This document shows, piece after piece, positions 56,741 through 64,000 of a stretch of DNA of 64,000 nucleotides; the first letter of the stretch is position 1; the number at the start of each line of letters is the position of its first letter. Under the pieces are notes generated by a model. It did not search any database. It saw only the letters and a program-made list of their open reading frames with translations, and was not told the DNA's origin. The position numbers and the translations under genes are program-made. Source of the DNA: Candidatus Altimarinota bacterium (GTDB taxonomy: Bacteria; Patescibacteriota; Gracilibacteria; CAIRYL01); the NCBI GenBank assembly GCA_965250085.1, contig OZ252287.1, positions 640,001 to 704,000 of the forward strand, written 5' to 3'.

Positions 56741-57511
56741 TCAGCTCCTGCTACTGTCAACTCGGTACAGGGGACCTTCGACTCGAGAAGCGGCATGCCC
56801 AAGATTCGTAATCTCAAAGAAAAACAGACGCTTTCTTGTGACGAACTGTGCTTCGGTTAGGTCCATGAGGCTCACAGAGAAATCCGGATACTTCCACGGG
56901 AAGCAATCCTTCGTTTCTTCGACTACCTCCCGATGCAAAACGCTCCGTTTCATTCCTTTTTTTAGGTGTCTGTTACTAGATTTCTCCAAAACACGGAGTA
57001 TTGCAACACTAACTCGGTTTCCAAGCGTTACTGAACGAACATAGTCAAAAAATGGAGTCGAAACTTCCTCCAGATTTCGCTGGGAAAAAGGATAATTTCC
57101 GAGCTCCGCCAAGAGATCGCTTGCTCGACTAATTTTGATCATAGCCTCGCTCCATTCTGGCGTCGACACATCGCATTGGGACGAATCCAACTCGTCAGCT
57201 TCAGAGAGCAGTCGAAGACATTCTCGTATGAGACCAAGCGATTCAGGTTCATGAGTTGCATCGTGCAGCGATTCGTCGAGTACAGCTAGATAACGCTCGA
57301 CGACTTCTTTGTACGTTTTCCAGTTACTTTCCTCATCTGTCAGAAGCTGCTCACGCGCTTGGAGTAGGCTCTTCCCAGCCTCTTCTAGCAGATCGAGGTC
57401 TTCAGGGATACTGCAATCCGATCCATCAAGGATCGTGAGAACCTTTTCTAGAAGCGCGCTTGCATCTTCCCTTTGTTTTCTCGGCTCATAGTCACTTGGC
57501 ATTTTTGGCAT
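56741..57511 (-). CDS. Hypothetical helical protein, possible C-terminal winged helix
   Basis: 256-aa ORF, visibly more GC-rich than its neighbours. Promoter TTGACA (~57574) and TATAAT (~57546) on the minus strand. Confidence 0.7.
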   Translation of the reverse strand: MPKMPSDYEPRKQREDASALLEKVLTILDGSDCSIPEDLDLLEEAGKSLLQAREQLLTDEESNWKTYKEVVERYLAVLDESLHDATHEPESLGLIRECLRLLSEADELDSSQCDVSTPEWSEAMIKISRASDLLAELGNYPFSQRNLEEVSTPFFDYVRSVTLGNRVSVAILRVLEKSSNRHLKKGMKRSVLHREVVEETKDCFPWKYPDFSVSLMDLTEAQFVTRKRLFFFEITNLGHAASRVEGPLYRVDSSRS

Positions 57512-57671
57512 CTCAGGTTGGTTATAGGGGTCTCATCGTATTATAATAATAATTCCTTTTCTATATCTTGTCAACAATATCTACAAAACTAAAACACGTC
57601 ATTTGTCCATCCTATCTCCGTGAAAAAACTCCGTTTTTCTGCTATAATGAGCGGATATATCTCACATTCTG

Positions 57672-60095
57672 ATGAAAACAAATATCAAAAATATCACTTC
57701 CTTCGTTCTCGGGTTTATAGCTCTTGTGTCAGCACAAACGGCGCTCTCAGCTGGTTTTGGACCTCCTGTGAACGTCACTGGAGTGGACACTATTGCAGGA
57801 TATTCCACATCCCTCACCACCTCTCGTGGCGCAGATAATGAAGATATTGTTTTCCGTATTGAGAGTCCTTCTGGAACCATTTTGGAGCTTGAATCCACTA
57901 CCAATGAAATCGGAGTATCAAGTGTAGATGTATATGGATTTCATACTCAAACAGCTGGGGAATACAGCGTGAGTGCTTATTACCGAGATTATGCATCAGA
58001 AAGACCTCCCATCAACTTTTTTGAAGTCTTTCCAGATACCGTTTCTGCAACCCACTCATCTCTCAAAACAAATATGAGCTCTCTTCCCGCAGGAGAAGGT
58101 GAAAATGTACTTTTGACCGTACGACTCAAAGATAAATATGGAAACCCTATCTCCAATCATCAATTGACAGTCATTTCTTCACGGTCAGATGATTTGATTT
58201 TTGAAGTAGCCCCCAACACTCCAACTGATGAGCGAGGTGAAAAGATTTTTCGTGTTTCTTCAAGTGCCCCAGGTGTTTCATATTTGAGTGTCTTAGATCG
58301 GGCTACTGGTACTACTCTCGAAGAAAGAGCAAAGCTCGTATTTTTTGAACCAGATGCGAGTCCTACAGGAGGAAGCCTGCTTCAAGCAAATATTTTTGAA
58401 AATACAGATACTACTTCTCTCTCTGGTCCTATTGCCCGATTCAAACTAGAATTTACCGATGGAAATGATAATGCCGATGTTGCTGTCGTTGGAAGTGATC
58501 AAAATTACTTTCGAATAACAGCAGTAGATACTGATGATAATACGGTGCGAGATTATACGGGAAGCATCTTGATTTCTGCTCCTGACGATCCAAAAGCACT
58601 CCTTCCTAATAATGGACAATATACATTTCGTGGGGCTGATGCTGGATCTTTTGAATTTAGCCTCGCGTTTCAATTCTCTGAAATCGGAACGCAGATGATC
58701 GAAGTATTTGAATACAATCCTGAAACAGGAGAAATATTTGCTAATATCAAGGGCTCAAAAGAGATAGAAGTAGTGCAAAGTGGAGGAATTGATGACGATT
58801 TTGATGACGGCTCAGATGCGAAGGGCATTGAAATTAAAACTCCAGAAGATGGGAGTGCTTTTGCTACAGCAGAGGTCGCACTTACTGGAAAAGGAAATCC
58901 CAACACAGATCTCAGAGTTTTTGTAGATAATACAGAAATAGATGAGGTTTCTACCGATATTGATGGCGTATTTTTTACTACTCTCTCCAATATTGCTGAA
59001 GGTGATCATGAGCTCTATGTACAAGAAATAGAAGGAAGCAGAGAGTTTTCTGTAGCAGTTTCCTTTTCTGTAGATACCACTCCTCCTACACTGCAAAGCG
59101 TCTCTGTCTTTCCAGAAACTGTAGTAGATGCAGGCGGTGTCCTTACTTTTTCACTTGTCTCTGAACCGAACTTAGGAAAAGCGATGATTCGGCTGGATGG
59201 TGAAGAACATGAACTTGAAGAAATACACAGCAAACCTGGAAACTATGAAGGGGCTTTTTCAGCTTCTCAAAATGCAGGTGAGTATAGCGCTGATGTAATT
59301 TTGGAAGACGATCTTGGCAACGAGAGTAAGTTCCTTTCAGAAGCCACTCTATTAGTGCGTGCATCAGAAGTTATTCCTCCATCTCCTAAAAACATAAAAG
59401 TGCTCCCTCTTCAAGAAGCGGTGCATGTCAATTGGGAAAAAGTAGAGGGTCATGTTGAAGAAATCGTTCTGTACGTTATATATATGGGAACTTCTGAGTT
59501 TTCTCTTTCAGAAAAAACAAGTGTTGCCCCCACAGAATCTTCTACTGTCATCGACGAACTCGAAGCTGGAAAAGAATACTTCTTTGCAGTGACCGCTGTT
59601 GATATGGCTGGAAATATGAGCGAGCAGTCACAAATATTTTCTGCTCGACCTTTGTTTTCTGAAAAAATCTCAAGCCGCATTACTGCTGTCTCCAGAGATG
59701 GCTCTATTGATCTTTCCTGGGAACAGAGTCTGCAAGACCCTGATCTTTATATTGTAGAATATGGTATTGAATCAGGAAGATATGTAGAAAGAATGTTGGT
59801 TGCAGGAGAGAGCACTCAGAAAAACGTGTATGACCTCATCAACGGACTCACATACTATTTCACAGTAACTCCATATAAAAATGGGAGCCCCACTAGTGAA
59901 GAAACATATGGAGAAGTGTCTTCAACCCCAGAGTCGCAAGGGTTACACGCTGCTGCAAAATCTCCAGCACCAATTATCAATGTTCCGAAATACCCGGCTA
60001 CTGGACCTGAAGCCGCGTTTGTTTTTGTGGGAATTTCATTTCTCGCAACCGCATATATCGTACAGAGAAGAAAAAAGCATGCCTTTATCAATTGA
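57672..60095 (+). CDS. Secreted Ig-like/FN3 surface protein with a sortase-type C-terminal sorting signal
   Basis: Signal peptide, Big-1-like (VRLKDKYGNPI), DTTPP, two FN3 repeats (LEAGKEYFFAVTAVD, LINGLTYYFTVTPY), then YPATGPE + TM + RRKKH. Confidence 0.88.
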   Translation: MKTNIKNITSFVLGFIALVSAQTALSAGFGPPVNVTGVDTIAGYSTSLTTSRGADNEDIVFRIESPSGTILELESTTNEIGVSSVDVYGFHTQTAGEYSVSAYYRDYASERPPINFFEVFPDTVSATHSSLKTNMSSLPAGEGENVLLTVRLKDKYGNPISNHQLTVISSRSDDLIFEVAPNTPTDERGEKIFRVSSSAPGVSYLSVLDRATGTTLEERAKLVFFEPDASPTGGSLLQANIFENTDTTSLSGPIARFKLEFTDGNDNADVAVVGSDQNYFRITAVDTDDNTVRDYTGSILISAPDDPKALLPNNGQYTFRGADAGSFEFSLAFQFSEIGTQMIEVFEYNPETGEIFANIKGSKEIEVVQSGGIDDDFDDGSDAKGIEIKTPEDGSAFATAEVALTGKGNPNTDLRVFVDNTEIDEVSTDIDGVFFTTLSNIAEGDHELYVQEIEGSREFSVAVSFSVDTTPPTLQSVSVFPETVVDAGGVLTFSLVSEPNLGKAMIRLDGEEHELEEIHSKPGNYEGAFSASQNAGEYSADVILEDDLGNESKFLSEATLLVRASEVIPPSPKNIKVLPLQEAVHVNWEKVEGHVEEIVLYVIYMGTSEFSLSEKTSVAPTESSTVIDELEAGKEYFFAVTAVDMAGNMSEQSQIFSARPLFSEKISSRITAVSRDGSIDLSWEQSLQDPDLYIVEYGIESGRYVERMLVAGESTQKNVYDLINGLTYYFTVTPYKNGSPTSEETYGEVSSTPESQGLHAAAKSPAPIINVPKYPATGPEAAFVFVGISFLATAYIVQRRKKHAFIN

Positions 60096-60154
60096 AAGTC
60101 ATAAAAGAGAACCTGCTATACATTCATATATAAAAATAAATACAAAAAATATCT

Positions 60155-61231
60155 ATGAAGAAACCAAAAGTCTGCACTCTCGGCAGTATGACCATTGATA
60201 TCTTTATCAAACCAAATGATACAACGGTGATAAAAATGTGCAGAGAGAAAACAAGTAATGAAGAGTACATCGCCTTCCCATACGGAGGAAAAATTCATGC
60301 TTCTGAGACTCATGAGCTCTTTGGTGGGGGTGCCAACAATACGTGTGTTGGACTTTCCCGACTTGGATTTAATGCGAGTCCAGTAGCGCAGATAGGTGAT
60401 GATATCTATGGAGAAAAATTGATTGAAAATTTAAAAAAAGAACTTGTCTCAATAGAAAATATGCAGATCGCAAAAAACTCAAAAGAACACACTGGTGTTT
60501 CTGTTATTTTGAGATCGTTCGAAGGCGAACGGACTGTCTTCTATTATCCAGGAACAAATAAAACCTTTTCTGACTTCAACGTAAAAATTCTAGATGATGT
60601 GGAAGGACTTTTTTTTAACCATATATCTGCGAGAGGAAATAATGCTGATGTTATTTTTCAAAGTATAAAGCGCCATTTTTTGAAATATCCGAAAAAGTTT
60701 CTTTTTTGGAATCCTGGAAAAGAACAAATTTCTCAGGGGGCTCTCTCCTTTATTGATTTTTTTCCTGTGGTAGATGTAATGCTCCTGAATAAAGAAGAAG
60801 CTGAGGCTTTTACTGGTCGCAAGGCTCGTAAAAGACGTTCAAAAAAATCTCAACAAGATTTTCCACATTCTGCAGCTGATTATAGTGAAATATTTCAGGT
60901 ATTTATGCGTCAGGGAGTTCAAAATGTTGTCATTACCGATGGCAGAAATGGATCGCAGATCTGTGATGGCAAAAATATTTATTTTTGTGGTATTGATGAA
61001 GTGTCTGAAAAAATTGATACCCTTGGAGCAGGAGACGGATTTGGCACCGGTCTTTTTTATGCGATTTTTCATAAGAAAAAATTGCATTCTTCGCTGAAAT
61101 ATGCGACAATAAACGCTGCTTCTGTTGTTTCCCAAGTAGGAAGTCAGACAGGACTTCTGACGGAAAAAGGACTTCTTTCTCGTTTAAAAAAAGCCTCGTT
61201 CTATCAGGCACAACAAAAATTCTCCTTATAA
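60155..61231 (+). CDS. PfkB-family carbohydrate kinase
   Basis: GGGANN, IGDDIYG, LNKEEA, ITDGRNGS, DTLGAGDGF. Confidence 0.92.
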   Translation: MKKPKVCTLGSMTIDIFIKPNDTTVIKMCREKTSNEEYIAFPYGGKIHASETHELFGGGANNTCVGLSRLGFNASPVAQIGDDIYGEKLIENLKKELVSIENMQIAKNSKEHTGVSVILRSFEGERTVFYYPGTNKTFSDFNVKILDDVEGLFFNHISARGNNADVIFQSIKRHFLKYPKKFLFWNPGKEQISQGALSFIDFFPVVDVMLLNKEEAEAFTGRKARKRRSKKSQQDFPHSAADYSEIFQVFMRQGVQNVVITDGRNGSQICDGKNIYFCGIDEVSEKIDTLGAGDGFGTGLFYAIFHKKKLHSSLKYATINAASVVSQVGSQTGLLTEKGLLSRLKKASFYQAQQKFSL

Positions 61232-61265
61232 AAACATATCTTTTTACTTTCTTATACAAATATAA

Positions 61266-61829
61266 ATGTCCTCCGAAATGTCTCAAATCGCCTTAGTGCG
61301 AGAAATGCTTGATTCCGCAGAAAAGTCTCTGCGTCATGCGCGAAAAATACTTGCGGAACTCACTGGTGAAACCCTTTCATCCGTAGAATTTTCAGAAAAA
61401 GACTTTAAAAAAATAATCGCTTCCAAATCCTCCAACGCTGAAGGACGAATAGTGGAAGGATTATTTGATGGACAAAATATGAAAGATGCAGAGGGAGGCA
61501 GCTATCCTGTTCCCGCAAATTATGCTTCTAAATCAAAGCTTGTGGTGGGCGATCATTTAAAACTCACTATTACCCCTGAAGGACGGTTTATCTACAAATC
61601 TATCAAACCAGTGGAACGAAAAACACTTATTGGCACCCTTACCTATGAAGATGGACGATACAAAGCCTTGGCGGAAGGAAAGGCATATAGTGTTCTTCTG
61701 GCTTCTGTCACCTTTCTTAGGGCCGAAGTCGGAGATGAAATTTCGCTCTTTGTTCCCAATGATCAAGAAAGCGAATGGGCTACGATAGATGCGGTGATTC
61801 CTAGTGGAACAGAAATAATTGCAACATAA
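61266..61829 (+). CDS. Conserved hypothetical protein of a CPR-typical family
   Basis: N-terminal helix plus IVEGLFDGQNM...YPVPANYASKSKLV.GD.LKLTI..GRFIYK. Family recognised from recall only. Confidence 0.78.
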   Translation: MSSEMSQIALVREMLDSAEKSLRHARKILAELTGETLSSVEFSEKDFKKIIASKSSNAEGRIVEGLFDGQNMKDAEGGSYPVPANYASKSKLVVGDHLKLTITPEGRFIYKSIKPVERKTLIGTLTYEDGRYKALAEGKAYSVLLASVTFLRAEVGDEISLFVPNDQESEWATIDAVIPSGTEIIAT

Positions 61830-61957
61830 GAGGTCATGAAACCATGATCAATTGAGCAAAAGGAAGGATTCAGAAAATCAGCATTTTCTCTTGCTCAACA
61901 ACCCACTTTTCACTAGAATATGCGGGATTTTTTGCCAAAGCTTTTTTCTGGTCTGCT

Positions 61958-62452
61958 ATGAAATTACACGACCTCAAACCAAATCACAGGTCAAAGACAT
62001 CAAAGATTCGAAGAGGCCGTGGAAATGCTTCTGGGTATGGTACTTTTTCTGGTAGAGGTTGTAAAGGTCAGAACTCAAGAACAGGTGGAGGGGTTCGTCT
62101 TGGATTTGAAGGTGGTCAAACCTCTCTTTTGCAGCGCATTCCTAAGCGAAGAGGATTTACAAATCCGAACAGAAAAGAGTATATAGCGGTGAATCTCGAT
62201 ACTTTAGAAGCAATATTTTCAGATAAAGATACCGTATCTGTGGAGAGTTTGACTGAAAAAAACGTAATTCAAAATAAAGACATTTTGGTCAAAATCCTTT
62301 CACGAGGAGAGCTTTCAAAAAAAATAACTATAAAAAACCTTCCAGTATCTGCTGCTGCTGCTAAGAAAATTGAAAAAGCGGGAGGAAAGGTAGAGGGGAT
62401 GAAGACTGCTGAAAAACCTGGGACGAAAGATACAAAAAAGGCAGAGGGATAA
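61958..62452 (+). CDS. rplO: 50S ribosomal protein L15
   Basis: RRGRGNASGYGTFSGRGCKGQNSR..FEGGQT..RIPKRRGF..KIEKAGG. Confidence 0.97.
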   Translation: MKLHDLKPNHRSKTSKIRRGRGNASGYGTFSGRGCKGQNSRTGGGVRLGFEGGQTSLLQRIPKRRGFTNPNRKEYIAVNLDTLEAIFSDKDTVSVESLTEKNVIQNKDILVKILSRGELSKKITIKNLPVSAAAAKKIEKAGGKVEGMKTAEKPGTKDTKKAEG

Positions 62453-62603
62453 AATTTCTAATTTCTAAATCCTCATTTCTAAACCCGTCCCGCTCAGCGG
62501 TGATAAATTCTAATCCTTGAGCCATAAACTCTATAAAAAGTTTTTAAAATTAAGATTTTAGATTTATTTCAAAAATTACAAAATTAAAAATTATAAAATT
62601 TCT
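62453..62603. repeat. Heptamer-repeat imperfect inverted element between rplO and secY
   Basis: aatttct/aaatcct units on the left, aaaatta/aaaatt units on the right, GC core cccgtcccgctcagcgg. Confidence 0.55.
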
Positions 62604-62605
62604 AC

Positions 62606-63874
62606 ATGAACTATCTTCTTCAAATTTGGAATTCAAAAGATCTAAGGAAAAAAATACTTTTTACGGTATTTGTATTACTTTGTTACCGATTTATGGCACA
62701 TATTCCTGTGCCGCTTCAAAATATTAACTTCGATGCTCTCGCTGGCCTTCACGGAAGTGCACTCGGCGTTTTTTCTGCTCTTACAGGAGGATCTGTTGAA
62801 AGATTTTCACTTATCATGATGGGGCTTTCTCCTTACATCAATGCCTCCATTATCATACAACTCATGACGGTCGTATTTCCCTATTTAGAAAATCTCAAAA
62901 AAGAAGGAGAGCAAGGGCGAAGAAAAATAAACATGTATACTCGGTATCTCACAGTCCCACTCGCGCTTTTGCAAAGCTATGGGATGATATTTTTGATTTC
63001 AAATGCCGTGCAAGGATCAGTAGATCCCTACGATTGGTCCACTGTTCTTCCAGCAATGGTTATTGTAACCACGGGAACTCTTGCCGTTATGTGGCTCGGA
63101 GAAATTATTTCTGAAAAAGGGATTGGAAATGGTGTTTCACTTATTATTACTGCTGGTATTGTTTCTTCTATTCCCAGCGTATTCGGAAATATTGTAGCGG
63201 GAATAAATGCTGGAGATGAAACCAAGCTCCCTGCCTTCGCTTTCCTGTTGATCATCACATTTTTTATGCTTATTTCCGTCATTCTGGTCACAGAGGGACA
63301 TCGAAGAATCCCCATTACTTATGCCGCTCGAAGTGCTGCCCGTAGCATGTCTGCTCTTCCAATCCGTATTTTACAAGCAGGAATGATACCTATTATCTTT
63401 GCAATTTCCATGGTTTCCTTTCCAGGAATTCTTACACAGTTTTTAAACACTGGTGGACCTGTGGTAGATTTTTTAAACCGAAATTTTAATTCTGGAAACC
63501 CTACTGCTGTGTATCTTGCCGTATATTTCTTGTTTATTATTTTCTTCTCATACTTTTACGTCTCTATTACCTTCAATCCTGATAATATTGCGGAAGATAT
63601 TCAGAAGAGAGGTGGGTTTATTCCTGGCCATAGGCCTGGAAGAGAAACGAGTGCATATTTAGGGAAAGTTTCCAATAGGCTCAATCTTTGGGGTGGGATT
63701 TTTCTGGCATTCGTAGCTATAGTCCCCGTACTCTTTACTATATTTTCTGATCTTTCGAGCACAGATCTCATTCTGAGCGGATCAGGGCTCATTATTATTG
63801 TCGGAGTCTTGCTTGATTTAATCAGACGAATCAATGCAGAACTGGTAATGCATGATTATGAGAAACTCGTATAA
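62606..63874 (+). CDS. secY: Preprotein translocase subunit SecY
   Basis: DLRKKILFT, MGLSPYINASIIIQL, WLGEIISEKGIGNGVSL, AGMIPIIFA, GGFIPGHRPG, GSGLIIIVGV. Confidence 0.98.
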   Translation: MNYLLQIWNSKDLRKKILFTVFVLLCYRFMAHIPVPLQNINFDALAGLHGSALGVFSALTGGSVERFSLIMMGLSPYINASIIIQLMTVVFPYLENLKKEGEQGRRKINMYTRYLTVPLALLQSYGMIFLISNAVQGSVDPYDWSTVLPAMVIVTTGTLAVMWLGEIISEKGIGNGVSLIITAGIVSSIPSVFGNIVAGINAGDETKLPAFAFLLIITFFMLISVILVTEGHRRIPITYAARSAARSMSALPIRILQAGMIPIIFAISMVSFPGILTQFLNTGGPVVDFLNRNFNSGNPTAVYLAVYFLFIIFFSYFYVSITFNPDNIAEDIQKRGGFIPGHRPGRETSAYLGKVSNRLNLWGGIFLAFVAIVPVLFTIFSDLSSTDLILSGSGLIIIVGVLLDLIRRINAELVMHDYEKLV

Positions 63875-63886
63875 CTTGTTTTTTGC

Positions 63887-64000
63887 ATGAAAAATCTTAT
63901 TGTTTTTGGTATGCAAGGCGCTGGGAAAGGAACTCAGGCGCGGCTTATTGCTGAAAAATTTGGATATCGTATATTTGAAACTGGAGCGGAGCTCCGGAAT
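63887..64000 (+). CDS. adk: Adenylate kinase, 5' part (runs off the window edge)
   Basis: MKNLIVFGMQGAGKGTQA..IAEKFGY..FETG, directly after secY. Confidence 0.9.
   Translation, partial: MKNLIVFGMQGAGKGTQARLIAEKFGYRIFETGAELRN

Noticed and set aside
56480-56743. TGA read-through extension of the 256-aa ORF (four in-frame TGA before a TAA)
   Set aside because: The extension has no recognisable protein features and the genome uses TGA as stop, so it is probably chance.
1-64000. Genetic code 25 (TGA=Gly) as in Gracilibacteria/Absconditabacteria
   Set aside because: Long conserved genes contain no in-frame TGA, and TGA falls at the natural C-termini of thyA, yidC and nrdR.

Overview
AT-rich bacterial chromosome segment. 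Gene content and style point to a Patescibacteria/CPR organism, most likely Peregrinibacteria-like (inference). Translation table 11 applies: TGA ends thyA, yidC and nrdR at their natural C-termini. Housekeeping genes: rlmD, ssb, yidC, rpe, rpiB, lgt, a frameshifted gdhA, thyA, dnaB, nrdR, ileS, mutY, glyQS, ribE, nusA and rplO-secY-adk. Also present are a type IV pilus cluster, tmRNA, tRNA-Val(GAC), a type II toxin-antitoxin pair with a visible operator, and an RsbU plus RsbW-STAS partner-switching pair. The most notable candidates are: (1) a secreted SLH-sortase fusion with a likely YPATG-sorted Ig/FN3 substrate 6 kb away; (2) three tandem ~550-aa Cys-rich zinc-ribbon paralogues around a queuosine-precursor transporter, next to a VirD4/HerA-like ATPase and bracketed by palindromic repeats; (3) a compact Ile T-box riboswitch on an IleRS that carries an inserted histidine-phosphatase domain; (4) a two-OB-fold SSB; (5) several REP/heptamer micro-repeat families, some inserted in-frame into proteins; (6) repeated signs of leaderless transcription. 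No CRISPR array, rRNA, transposase, integrase or reverse transcriptase was seen. All calls come from reading motifs by eye, with no database searches.
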